Positions 1 through 8,706 of a stretch of DNA of 64,000 nucleotides are shown here, piece by piece. Source of the stretch: a virus (taxonomy: Duplodnaviria; Caudoviricetes). The stretch is from positions 113,541 to 177,540 of the IMG/VR virus record IMGVR_UViG_3300028624_000004; one strand, given 5' to 3'. The position numbers and the translations under genes were made by a program. Below the pieces are notes generated by a model. The model was not told where the DNA came from, made no database searches, and saw nothing but the letters and a program-made list of their open reading frames with translations. Within the stretch, counting starts at the first letter, position 1. Each line of letters starts with the position of its first letter.

Positions 1-192
1 GGATTCCTATCAAATTGCCACATATATGTTAATCAAATAGATGGTGTTAAAGAAGCATTAACAAGACCAGTATATGATTTCCCACAGGTAAAGACCGATA
101 AATTTACTTCAATATTTGATTGGGAAGCCAATAACACTAAATTTGATAACTATAAATGTGGCGATAAGATACCTTTCATTATTGCTGTGTGA
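1..192 (+). CDS. thyA: Thymidylate synthase ThyA, C-terminal part (5' truncated by window edge)
   Basis: Frame 1 reads GFLSNCHIYVNQIDGVKEALTRPVYDFPQV...SIFDWE...KIPFIIAV*, matching the ThyA HIY-x-N motif and C-terminal ...AV end; not in ORF track. Confidence 0.88.
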   Translation, partial: GFLSNCHIYVNQIDGVKEALTRPVYDFPQVKTDKFTSIFDWEANNTKFDNYKCGDKIPFIIAV

Positions 193-958
193 TTAGTTTG
201 TAGTTAGGGAACTTAATTGGGTTGTTTAGTCTATTTCTTATAGATGCGACTGCACAATTAAGTTTCTTCGATGCTTCTGTAAAACTATCATAAATGACAC
301 CATCAACTTGAATTTTTATTTTATTGGTATTGTTAATTCTATTTCTCTCTATCATCATTTTTGATATCTTTTTTCTTGTTTTATTCGAGTGAGTTTTCCC
401 AAAAAATGGATTTTGTTTGCCATTACGATCCCTACATTTACTACATGAGTTTTTGCTTTTAGTCCATTTTCTAATAGTAACGCCACAGATAGGACAAGTG
501 TAGAATGTCGTTCCCCCGCGCCAGTTAGGGTTGCTTTCTCCGCACATATTTTCAGCGTATTGTGACTTCTCTTCTTCCGTTTTCATATCCCATCTTCTTT
601 GTGTAGCCACTCGTTGCTTTTCCTTTATCCCATCAATATTGGGATGATAAGAAATCAAATCCCCACCCGAAGCCGACTTGGACATGTTGTAGCCCACTTT
701 AACATTCCAAGGTGTGTATGTATCTAAATGATATTGTTCTTTTTCTAATAGTATCTTTTTATTCACTTCTTCAACTATCTCAAAAATAAAACTCTTTTCT
801 CCATATTTGTTCCATGCTCGCTGAAGGTGAATACAATGATGTCTGTTATGCCTTAGATCACACCGATGTGTCTTCCATCTTTTCTTGATATTCACGCTGC
901 TTCCAAGATAATATTTACCATTAACCCTATTAACTATCTTATAAATCCCACAAGTCAT
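179..958 (-). CDS. GIY-YIG homing endonuclease with NUMOD3-type DNA-binding repeats
   Basis: CGIYKI...YYLGSS, HLQRAWNKYG, GESNPNWRGG, NPFFGKTHS. Confidence 0.9.
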   Translation of the reverse strand: MTCGIYKIVNRVNGKYYLGSSVNIKKRWKTHRCDLRHNRHHCIHLQRAWNKYGEKSFIFEIVEEVNKKILLEKEQYHLDTYTPWNVKVGYNMSKSASGGDLISYHPNIDGIKEKQRVATQRRWDMKTEEEKSQYAENMCGESNPNWRGGTTFYTCPICGVTIRKWTKSKNSCSKCRDRNGKQNPFFGKTHSNKTRKKISKMMIERNRINNTNKIKIQVDGVIYDSFTEASKKLNCAVASIRNRLNNPIKFPNYKLITQQ

Positions 959-959
959 T

Positions 960-1115
960 TCATATCTCCTTTACATTAACTCTTACATGGGCATTCAATC
1001 CAACGAACCGAAGATACTCGCTTAGTTGCTTAAACCCCAACTCATTTGCCTTTATAACCATTCTCTCCTTTTCATCATCGGTTATGCGAATATGTACTTG
1101 TTTTTCTTTACTCAT
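960..1115 (-). CDS. Small ribbon-helix-helix (MobC/CopG-like) DNA-binding protein, 51 aa
   Basis: MSKEKQVHIRITDDEKERMVIKANELGFKQLSEYLRFVGLN...; AGGAG RBS and TATAAATA upstream; below ORF-track cutoff. Confidence 0.65.
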   Translation of the reverse strand: MSKEKQVHIRITDDEKERMVIKANELGFKQLSEYLRFVGLNAHVRVNVKEI

Positions 1116-1136
1116 TGTGTATCTCCTATATACACA

Positions 1137-1144
1137 TATTTATA
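1137..1144 (-). promoter_or_regulatory. T4-type late promoter TATAAATA
   Basis: Exact TATAAATA upstream of RHH/GIY-YIG pair. Confidence 0.7.
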
Positions 1145-1186
1145 CGCCATCTATTGATTTATGGAAAAAATCTTTATAATGTAAGT

Positions 1187-1510
1187 ATGACAATGACCCC
1201 TTATGACCTAACAAGCAAACAAGTCAAATTTTCCATGATTTCTCGTATGATATCGGAGTCGAGAGAAGAAACCGACCCAATTAAATTAAAGAGTTTTCGT
1301 ATGAACATACAAAAATATTTAGACTATGAAGATTATAACGTAGGAGATTGGCATGAAGGATATGTTGGGTGTTTAGAAAATTTTGAAAATAAATTAACTG
1401 ATGAAATAATTGATATTTATCTTAACAATGTAAGAAGATATATCCTATCGGGATCTTCTATCATTCCTTCAGATGAAAAGTTACTATCTTCACCGTCTTT
1501 TTTTAAGTAA
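1187..1510 (+). CDS. Hypothetical protein
   Basis: ORF; ATG 6 nt after TTGATT-N15-TATAAT. Confidence 0.6.
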   Translation: MTMTPYDLTSKQVKFSMISRMISESREETDPIKLKSFRMNIQKYLDYEDYNVGDWHEGYVGCLENFENKLTDEIIDIYLNNVRRYILSGSSIIPSDEKLLSSPSFFK

Positions 1511-1570
1511 AATACTGAGTTGTTTACGGATGTATTTTCTTAATATTATTAATTTTATCAAAGGAGTCAA

Positions 1571-1828
1571 ATGAGATACGACCTCGAAAACCTCAACCAT
1601 CGCAACCTGCTTAGGGATCACGCTGCCTTGGAAGGTGACGATTGTCCCGTAGATGATATCTGTGACTCTGTTCCCGACATCCTCAACTATATATGCGTTT
1701 TAGAGGGTCAGGTAAGAAGCCTGAAGTCAAAGAATCAGAACCTCGCTGCTGCCGTTTCAAATGCTGAAAGAAAGATAAATAACCTTAAGAGCCAAAAACA
1801 AAGGCGACTTAAGAAACGGGGAAAGTAA
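1571..1828 (+). CDS. Hypothetical coiled-coil protein
   Basis: AAGGAG RBS; heptad-like C-terminus. Confidence 0.7.
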   Translation: MRYDLENLNHRNLLRDHAALEGDDCPVDDICDSVPDILNYICVLEGQVRSLKSKNQNLAAAVSNAERKINNLKSQKQRRLKKRGK

Positions 1829-1829
1829 C

Positions 1830-2375
1830 ATGGGCGACATTATACTGAAACAACTAAGGGAATCGTGGCTTACTTTGACAGAAGAAAAGAAGGAAGAAAC
1901 TTTCTGTTACATGTTATATGTATCACCTGAAGACGAAAAACCTTTTGTAGACCTCCAAAAGAATCTTAAGTTAGATGGGGAACTTATAGAATCCGGTAAG
2001 TTTCATGCTACTGTCAGATACGTCAAATCCGAAAAAGACCCAAAACCTTTCATAGAGTTTCTGAAATCACTGGATCTTAATAACATTGAAGCAACCTGTA
2101 AGGGGTTTGAAATCTATGGCGTGGATAAAGACACACTGGTTGTTGAATTAGAAGGAAAGAAGATACACGACTGGTTCAATAAAGTCAATGATTGGTTGGT
2201 GGACCACGGATACCCTAAATCAGATTATCCAGAGTATAAGCCTCATATCTCCCTCACAGAAAAGAAAGATATAGAGAAGCCGGAATGGAAAAAAGAATAC
2301 GAACAGAAAGTCAAGTTTAAGATACACGTAGTAACTGATACTGACAGAGAAGAAATATTCCGCTCCATATGCTAA
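1830..2375 (+). CDS. acb1: 2H phosphoesterase, Acb1/T4 gp57B-like (candidate anti-CBASS cyclic-nucleotide nuclease)
   Basis: Two H-x-T/S motifs (KFHATVRY; YPEYKPHISL) and TLVVEL segment similar in pattern to T4 57B. Confidence 0.7.
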   Translation: MGDIILKQLRESWLTLTEEKKEETFCYMLYVSPEDEKPFVDLQKNLKLDGELIESGKFHATVRYVKSEKDPKPFIEFLKSLDLNNIEATCKGFEIYGVDKDTLVVELEGKKIHDWFNKVNDWLVDHGYPKSDYPEYKPHISLTEKKDIEKPEWKKEYEQKVKFKIHVVTDTDREEIFRSIC

Positions 2376-2387
2376 AAAAGCATCCCC

Positions 2388-2819
2388 ATGATATATGATG
2401 ATGTCAATATTAAAATTATCTCTCGTAGAGAATGGGGATTAAAAGCAGACCCAACAGAATATGTCTATGAAAAGCAGACCATTTTAATACGTGAAGATTA
2501 TTTTTCTCAGATGAAGAAAAACAACCCATTGACACATCACTGGTTCGTCCACGAATTTGCCCACCATATTCAATTGAAGTCAATGGGTATTGATTATATA
2601 AAAGAAGATAAGAGTTTATATCCGGATAATAAAGTAGAAAGATATGCCTTTGCTTATCAATTCTACTATCTCATGGAAAATAAATGCTGTCAAACAATCC
2701 AAGAGTTATTTGACCGGGATCATTTTTTCCGGCAGAAGAGAATATACGCTAATCAGCTAACATATTATTGGAATAATGCTAATTTTATACTTGGCGATTT
2801 ACCAATAAAAACATCTTGA
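2388..2819 (+). CDS. HEXXH zinc metallopeptidase-like protein
   Basis: WFVHEFAHHIQ with downstream VERYAF. Confidence 0.55.
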   Translation: MIYDDVNIKIISRREWGLKADPTEYVYEKQTILIREDYFSQMKKNNPLTHHWFVHEFAHHIQLKSMGIDYIKEDKSLYPDNKVERYAFAYQFYYLMENKCCQTIQELFDRDHFFRQKRIYANQLTYYWNNANFILGDLPIKTS

Positions 2820-2850
2820 CTTGCGAAATAATATTGTCATAATGGTGGTC

Positions 2851-3042
2851 ATGGTACATTCACTATTGTCTGAACTAGCATCTGACCTAAATATTGACGA
2901 TAACATTATAATGAATATTATAGAAAACTCTATAGATTTCAATAGCTTCTATATCAAGATTAAAACCCTGTATCCAGAAGTATCTGCCAATGTCTGTTTA
3001 GATGCGTGGGCTGCACATTGGGAAACCTATTCACGATCATAA
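2851..3042 (+). CDS. Hypothetical protein
   Basis: ATG 7 nt after TTGACT-N16-CATAAT. Confidence 0.55.
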   Translation: MVHSLLSELASDLNIDDNIIMNIIENSIDFNSFYIKIKTLYPEVSANVCLDAWAAHWETYSRS

Positions 3043-3052
3043 AGGAAATGAC

Positions 3053-3364
3053 ATGAGTGACTTAGATGATATTATCCACGTTAGTGTCCATAAGGAAGAT
3101 GTAAATAGTCTTCCAAAGACCGTTCAGAAGTTTGTAAGTGATTACTCTGATATTGAATTCTATCCAGAAGGTTTGAAGAAGGGAAAGAAATTCAATAAGG
3201 TCATGGAGTTCAAGCGACTTCTCAAGGAACTTGAAAGTGTCAGAAGTAAAAACAACGGGGAAGAAAGTAATATTGAGTGTATCGTATATGACCAACTTCA
3301 GGAGCTTATGCATCGCATGATGCTTTCGGAGCTTAGGGAATTGAACCTTGAAAGGCTTAAATAA
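3053..3364 (+). CDS. Hypothetical protein
   Basis: ORF with AAGGA RBS before MSDL. Confidence 0.6.
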   Translation: MSDLDDIIHVSVHKEDVNSLPKTVQKFVSDYSDIEFYPEGLKKGKKFNKVMEFKRLLKELESVRSKNNGEESNIECIVYDQLQELMHRMMLSELRELNLERLK

Positions 3365-3365
3365 T

Positions 3366-4397
3366 ATGAAAACAATAATCCACTTACCATCCTGGGAGGC
3401 TATACAGCGAGTCCCCAATGATCTTATTGCGATATCACACTTGATTACTTATAGTGTCCAGACCATGAACGGGGAATATGCTCCCCGTGTTGTTGTCTAT
3501 AAGACTCGCAACGGGATGCAGGGACATCATATTTCCCATGAACAGCTTCAGATTCTTCAAGATGCTGTATTGAATGACAAGCCACTGCCAGAGTTTATGA
3601 AGTCAAACTGGCAGAAGGCTCAAGAGATATGTGACGAGTTGAAAGAATGCAGAAATAGCAACTCGCATAAGACAATTCAGAGTCGCTTAAAGAAACTTGA
3701 GAGTGACTTATTTCCGCCGGGACATTACTATGACATCACTAGCGTCAATGTCCCCACAAATAAAGATAGACTTTCAATAATAGAAAAAAAGTTAGGTGTT
3801 GTTCAGTCGCCTGGAGATGATTTAGGTCGCTTGGAGAATTGCGAGTTTCACTTGAAGAATACATACTGGAGACTGAGGAAACTTGACGATGAGATTTATC
3901 CAACTAAAAAAGATGTAGAGGGTATGCCAGCCACCATTACATATGATGGTTGGATGAAGCGGTTGGAAGAGAAACTTGGTGTAGATTTAGCATTTACCAG
4001 TATTGACCATCGCTTGAGGAATATAGAGAAAGCTTGGAGAGAAAAGCAATCAAGAGAGTGGCACTATGGTAGTAAAGATAAAATGCCATATACCAACTAT
4101 ACTCCATATGTTCCCCGTTGCATAAAGCACCAACAGGCATTTCAAGATGGCTTTCGAGATGGCTTTCGAGATGGCTTACAGGAGAAGTTTGGGAATAAAA
4201 CTTGTAAGTATAACGTAGGCGACACTTTGGAGTTTCATACCGAGAGGGGAAAAGTAATCAAGACAATCGGGCGTGTTGGTTCATTATATCTCTTTACTGA
4301 TGGTACATCGGAATGTAGCGATTGGGTCGATAAAAATACTTGTAGTATCTGTAAAGTAACCCCACTAAAACCATTTACTCCCGAATTCTCCTGCTAA
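3366..4397 (+). CDS. Hypothetical protein with imperfect internal RL-x-x-(L/I)E repeats and a short FRDG tandem repeat
   Basis: Long ORF; 12-nt tandem gatggctttcga near 4146-4175. Confidence 0.75.
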   Translation: MKTIIHLPSWEAIQRVPNDLIAISHLITYSVQTMNGEYAPRVVVYKTRNGMQGHHISHEQLQILQDAVLNDKPLPEFMKSNWQKAQEICDELKECRNSNSHKTIQSRLKKLESDLFPPGHYYDITSVNVPTNKDRLSIIEKKLGVVQSPGDDLGRLENCEFHLKNTYWRLRKLDDEIYPTKKDVEGMPATITYDGWMKRLEEKLGVDLAFTSIDHRLRNIEKAWREKQSREWHYGSKDKMPYTNYTPYVPRCIKHQQAFQDGFRDGFRDGLQEKFGNKTCKYNVGDTLEFHTERGKVIKTIGRVGSLYLFTDGTSECSDWVDKNTCSICKVTPLKPFTPEFSC

Positions 4398-4398
4398 T

Positions 4399-5160
4399 AT
4401 GCATTACCGCTCCTTATTCGTATCCGATATACACCTTGGCACCCGCCAATGCCGTGTAGAGTATCTTTTAAAGTTTATTCATGACAATACCTTTGATAAT
4501 GTGTTTCTCATAGGAGACATTATAGACATTCAAGCAATGTCGCATAAATGGTATTGGGCGAAGGAACACAACACATTCGTTCAGAAGATATTGAGATTGG
4601 CAAGAAAGCAAACCTCCGTTTATTACATTGTTGGAAACCATGATGAAGCACTAAGAGACTTTTTGGAGAAAGGAATGCATTTTTCTTTTGGCGACATCCG
4701 TGTATGTAATGAATATGAATACAAGAGTGTTTCTGGGAAGAATGTATTGCTGCTCCATGGTGATGAATTTGACGGGGCTTTTAGGTCGATGGGGTGGTTA
4801 TATTTTTTTGGAGATAGAGCGTATGAAATCTGCCTCTCCTTGAATTCGATTTATAACTGGTGGAGAAGAAAGTTCGGAATGGGATATTGGTCACTGTCGT
4901 CATATCTCAAGTCAAAGGTAAAGTCAGCAATGCAATCAGTTAATAACTTCGATGAGTTGGTAGTTAGGCGGTGCATTATATCAGGGAGTGACATTTTGAT
5001 TTACGGACATTCGCACACCCCAGGGATGAAAAAAATAAAATCAAAATATCTTTTGAATACTGGCGATCAAGTAGAAAATTTCACTTGCATTGTAGAAACT
5101 GAAGAAGGAAAATTTCAATTGATTAAGATGACAGATGGTAGTATCGTTGGGGAAGCATAA
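4399..5160 (+). CDS. Metallophosphoesterase, UDP-2,3-diacylglucosamine hydrolase (LpxH-like) family
   Basis: SDIHLG, GDIID, GNHD, HGDEFD, GHSH motifs. Confidence 0.85.
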   Translation: MHYRSLFVSDIHLGTRQCRVEYLLKFIHDNTFDNVFLIGDIIDIQAMSHKWYWAKEHNTFVQKILRLARKQTSVYYIVGNHDEALRDFLEKGMHFSFGDIRVCNEYEYKSVSGKNVLLLHGDEFDGAFRSMGWLYFFGDRAYEICLSLNSIYNWWRRKFGMGYWSLSSYLKSKVKSAMQSVNNFDELVVRRCIISGSDILIYGHSHTPGMKKIKSKYLLNTGDQVENFTCIVETEEGKFQLIKMTDGSIVGEA

Positions 5161-5169
5161 AGGAACCTA

Positions 5170-5382
5170 ATGCCCTCCAACTCCAACCATGTCTGCTTCG
5201 ACTGTCGGGTTACTTTTAAGCATACGGGAGCATGTCCCCATTGTCATAGGAGTCTTATCAGTTGCGGGAAGCAATGGCGGTTCCCCAAAAAGTCTGATAT
5301 AAAGGGCTGGAAGAAGACATTTGAGTTGGTCATGAAGAATCCATACTTTAAGGAAATATATGAGAATAGGAGTAGTGAATGA
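5170..5382 (+). CDS. Small Zn-ribbon protein
   Basis: CFDC...CPHC; overlapping operon arrangement. Confidence 0.65.
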   Translation: MPSNSNHVCFDCRVTFKHTGACPHCHRSLISCGKQWRFPKKSDIKGWKKTFELVMKNPYFKEIYENRSSE

Positions 5383-5606
5383 ACGAAATAATATGGACAC
5401 CGATAATGTCAAATACTATGGGAGTATTTGGATATAAGCCAATGAGACTTATTAAATATAGCAATGAATGTTATTACAAACTTCCTCTTATTGATATGGG
5501 ATATAGTGGTCATAGATACACACCATCCGATGATCGCCCGTTATTTAACACAGAAGAAGCATGCCAGAAGTGGTGTGATGAAGAGAACACAAAGGAAACC
5601 AAATGA
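5379..5606 (+). CDS. Hypothetical protein
   Basis: ATGA overlaps with neighbours. Confidence 0.6.
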   Translation: MNEIIWTPIMSNTMGVFGYKPMRLIKYSNECYYKLPLIDMGYSGHRYTPSDDRPLFNTEEACQKWCDEENTKETK

Positions 5607-5821
5607 AACCTCTCCCAAAACGAATCACAAACAAAATTTTATCTAATAAGAAACTTTCGGAGAATGATGCTGTCCAATTATGTATGTGGGGATATTTTGG
5701 CATCGCCGGCAGTCTTAAAAGAAATAGACAAAATAACTTCACACATTGTGGCGCAGGCATTGAATGTGCCTTGAGAGAGGCATATCAACACGGTAGAGAT
5801 TCTGTAAAGGAAACTAAATGA
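5603..5821 (+). CDS. Hypothetical protein
   Basis: ATGA overlaps, AAGGA RBS. Confidence 0.6.
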   Translation: MKPLPKRITNKILSNKKLSENDAVQLCMWGYFGIAGSLKRNRQNNFTHCGAGIECALREAYQHGRDSVKETK

Positions 5822-6006
5822 AACCGACTCAAGAGCAAATTGACCGAGCCGTAGAGCTACGGGAAGAGATTATCAGCATATCCCGAGCCATTGATGCTAT
5901 GGGAGTAACCGCAGCAGACTTGAGACATGCTCAGATCAAGCTGAGTTCCGCCGAAAGGGGCATGGATGACTTTATAGCCAAGGCACAGAGAGGGGAGATA
6001 GAATAA
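5818..6006 (+). CDS. Hypothetical protein
   Basis: ATGA overlap, AAGGA RBS. Confidence 0.6.
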   Translation: MKPTQEQIDRAVELREEIISISRAIDAMGVTAADLRHAQIKLSSAERGMDDFIAKAQRGEIE

Positions 6007-6260
6007 TGGCACTCATGGACTACGACTACAACGACCCCAGCAGAGTTGCTGAACGGGAAGAAGCCGAGAAGGAGCGGCAGAAGTGGCTTGACGAGGATAT
6101 TGAATTGAAACTTACGGAAAATGTAAGAGGATTCAACACAGGCATTAGAGTATTCTTCATCAAACGAAGAGACTTGATAGACCTTATCAACGGCTCTGGT
6201 GCCTTGGATGACATTAGGAATAGTTGTAGTCGAAGCGATTTATATCATATTATTATATAA
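6006..6260 (+). CDS. Hypothetical protein
   Basis: TAATG overlap, GGGAG RBS. Confidence 0.6.
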   Translation: MALMDYDYNDPSRVAEREEAEKERQKWLDEDIELKLTENVRGFNTGIRVFFIKRRDLIDLINGSGALDDIRNSCSRSDLYHIII

Positions 6261-6300
6261 ATCTCTGCGATTTATATAATATGAGGTTTAAGGAAACTCA

Positions 6301-6480
6301 ATGCCAACCGGAAAAACATGTGGTAACTGTCAGCATTTCATTAGAATAAAAAATCCCTCTTTTCAACATGGAGGGCGTAACGGCATCTGTGATATATTTG
6401 ACTATAATTGTAATACTGATTCTTCATACGCAAAGCAATGCGATAAATATAAAGCATCTTATAAAGGTAAAGAGAAATAA
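6301..6480 (+). CDS. Small Cys-rich protein, 59 aa
   Basis: MPTGKTCGNCQHF...GICDIF...C; AAGGA RBS; below track cutoff. Confidence 0.6.
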   Translation: MPTGKTCGNCQHFIRIKNPSFQHGGRNGICDIFDYNCNTDSSYAKQCDKYKASYKGKEK

Positions 6481-6519
6481 ACCTATTGATTTTTGTAATA
6501 AACTACTTACAATAATTGT

Positions 6520-6732
6520 ATGAAGAATGGATACGATACCCCAGAAGCATACGCTCGTATGAACTACCTCATTGATGTGGTTCGCGGGAACATGTCTTGG
6601 GTCAAGTGGGAGTTTCTTGACGAGGACACTAAGAGGATATACAGAGAAGAAGCTTCGTTAGTCGAATATGTCATCACAGAAGATGACTTGGATAACTTTG
6701 AAGCAGCCATGGAACTACGGGAGAAAGCATGA
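6520..6732 (+). CDS. Hypothetical protein
   Basis: ATG 6 nt after TTGATT-N16-TACAAT. Confidence 0.65.
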   Translation: MKNGYDTPEAYARMNYLIDVVRGNMSWVKWEFLDEDTKRIYREEASLVEYVITEDDLDNFEAAMELREKA

Positions 6733-7874
6733 AATTCTATACACTTTACTCCAGAACCTCAAACGGCTCCATACAGGAGTGGACCATTCATGTAGAAGGT
6801 AATAGCTTCTTCACGGTCGAAGGTATCAAGGGTGGTAAGATGACTACCTCCAAGCCCACCGTCTGTGAAGGAAAAAACATTGGTAGAGCCAATGAAACCT
6901 CGCCAGAAACCCAGGCGCTCCAAGAAGCCAAGGCAAAGTACAAGAAGAAGGTCGATTCGGGCTACTACGAGAAGCTGGAAGATATTGACATCGAAAAGTT
7001 TACGGAGCCGATGCTCGCTCATAAGTACGGAGAGCATGAAGTTGAATTCCCATTAGCGTCACAGCCTAAACTTGACGGATGTTTATCAGGAGATACTGTT
7101 GTCAATCTTAAAAATAATGGGAAGAAGACACTTAAAGAGATATACGACAGTAAAATAGAAGATGAAGTTTTATCATATAACGAAAAGAAAAGAAGGAATG
7201 AATATAGAAAGATAATGTGGGATTATGTAAAGCCAAATATGGCTAGACAGGATATGAGCGTCACTGGTTGGAATGTAATGGCTGTCAAGTCGGCGCATGG
7301 TGCAGGATTGAATGTTGGAAATTCGATGACTAACTGTAAGAAAGCAATTGAAAGAGTATGGAAAGCTGCTAACCCAGAATGGGAAAAGAAAACTGATCCA
7401 TATACCGACAAGACAATATTTCCATATACTTGGAATGCTATTAATAACTCGACTGCAAAGGAACATCTGAGCTTCATCGGAACGACATGCGCTGTGTTCT
7501 TGGGGCATGGATCGGGAGACATTATGTTGGAGACGATGCTTAATGATGCTGAAGCAAGGTGGGTTGATAGTGGAGCGTATAAGAAGAATAACTATGCGTG
7601 CTACTACCTTTCGCTCTCAATGTTTCAGGCTGGGGGAGAGCGTTGGAAGAAATGCTTAAATACCATAATTCCCTACACCGTGGAAACCCAAGATGCTTCA
7701 CAGGGCTGCGCTCGCGGCTCGTGGAACTGGGAAGGGCAGTCGTGGCATGGATCAAGCATAGGAAGAGTGTTGACAACTTGCTATAATATCCTAAACCTTG
7801 AAGTTGCTTATCGCTATGTTCAGGTCAACCCCAATGCCGAAATACAGAAAAAACTGAAATCAACACTAAAGTAA
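6729..7874 (+). CDS. Chimeric ORF: ATP-dependent DNA ligase N-terminus + intein N-terminal fragment + prenyltransferase/terpene-cyclase-like repeat domain
   Basis: GKNIGRANET...EPMLAH...QPKLDG (ligase motif I) then CLSGDTVV (intein block A) then DMSVTGWNVMAVKSA...YYLSLSMFQAGG...GSW...GRVLTT...LNLEVAYRY. Confidence 0.75.
   Translation: MKFYTLYSRTSNGSIQEWTIHVEGNSFFTVEGIKGGKMTTSKPTVCEGKNIGRANETSPETQALQEAKAKYKKKVDSGYYEKLEDIDIEKFTEPMLAHKYGEHEVEFPLASQPKLDGCLSGDTVVNLKNNGKKTLKEIYDSKIEDEVLSYNEKKRRNEYRKIMWDYVKPNMARQDMSVTGWNVMAVKSAHGAGLNVGNSMTNCKKAIERVWKAANPEWEKKTDPYTDKTIFPYTWNAINNSTAKEHLSFIGTTCAVFLGHGSGDIMLETMLNDAEARWVDSGAYKKNNYACYYLSLSMFQAGGERWKKCLNTIIPYTVETQDASQGCARGSWNWEGQSWHGSSIGRVLTTCYNILNLEVAYRYVQVNPNAEIQKKLKSTLK
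7080..7214 (+). mobile_element. Truncated intein (N-terminal splicing block only)
   Basis: Starts with Cys right after KLDG; AT-rich; no block B TxxH or terminal HN. Confidence 0.7.
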
Positions 7875-7900
7875 TCGTCAGTTGTGCCGATACTAAGTGT

Positions 7901-8131
7901 ATGAGAACAGATAGAGTAGAACCCATAATGGTTATAAGAAAAGAAGTAAGGTTCCCAAAACGGGAACCTTACTTTCGTGTTGATAGGGACGAAGATTCCC
8001 TTGATGATTCTATTAAGAAATATGTTGATATTGCCAAGAATTGTCCTATAGATAAGGAAGCCCTTGAAATGCTTTTGAGAATAGAGTTAGGAGACGATAT
8101 AACAAATCAAATTAAAATATTCTATAAATAG
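7901..8131 (+). CDS. Hypothetical protein
   Basis: ORF track. Confidence 0.5.
   Translation: MRTDRVEPIMVIRKEVRFPKREPYFRVDRDEDSLDDSIKKYVDIAKNCPIDKEALEMLLRIELGDDITNQIKIFYK
8123..8130 (+). promoter_or_regulatory. T4-type late promoter TATAAATA
   Basis: Exact motif 19 nt upstream of 8149 ATG with GGAG RBS. Confidence 0.7.
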
Positions 8132-8148
8132 GTATGGAGTAACTTATT

Positions 8149-8700
8149 ATGGGATTCAAAAATTTCTATAAAGAAAGCGTTAGAAAGTCAATAATAAAGA
8201 GAGAGGCTGAAGGTGACTTTGGAGACGAAGCCCAAGCAATGAGTTCTGCCGAAATATCATACGCATACCCAAAAACAAACAAAAACAAATTAAAATGGTC
8301 AGAGGCTAGGGGATTTATAAAGCCAGATGGTAAAGTTGAAAGAATTGGGGATATGGGTCATGAAGATTTCGCCAGAGATGTTGGTTATCCAATCACGGTG
8401 GACGGCAAGCTAGTTACTAAAAAGTTTCCTGGGTCAAAAACTCTTGCCAAATATACTGGTCTTGTTCGCTGGTCGCCAGAAACGGCTTCTTTCAGTGTAT
8501 ATCTTCCAATGACTCTGGAGCAAATAAAGACTATTAAAGAAATAGTCAAGTCTTATGGATATAAAGACTTAATGTTGGATTATCAAGACAAGAATGGGAA
8601 CATGCAATTGATCGAATTCAACGATTCAGATCCTAGTAAATTCAATGCTAGAATGACAAAAGTCCAGAATGAAGTCAATGACAAGAAGTTTGGACAATAG
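8149..8700 (+). CDS. Late hypothetical protein, probable head-internal protein
   Basis: MGFKNFYKES N-terminus resembles T4 capsid-targeting leaders; RGFIKPDG motif. Confidence 0.65.
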   Translation: MGFKNFYKESVRKSIIKREAEGDFGDEAQAMSSAEISYAYPKTNKNKLKWSEARGFIKPDGKVERIGDMGHEDFARDVGYPITVDGKLVTKKFPGSKTLAKYTGLVRWSPETASFSVYLPMTLEQIKTIKEIVKSYGYKDLMLDYQDKNGNMQLIEFNDSDPSKFNARMTKVQNEVNDKKFGQ

Positions 8701-8706
8701 CGAATA

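Noticed and set aside
179-958. Group I intron in thyA as in T4 td
   Set aside because: The endonuclease is on the opposite strand and beyond the thyA stop; no intron core seen
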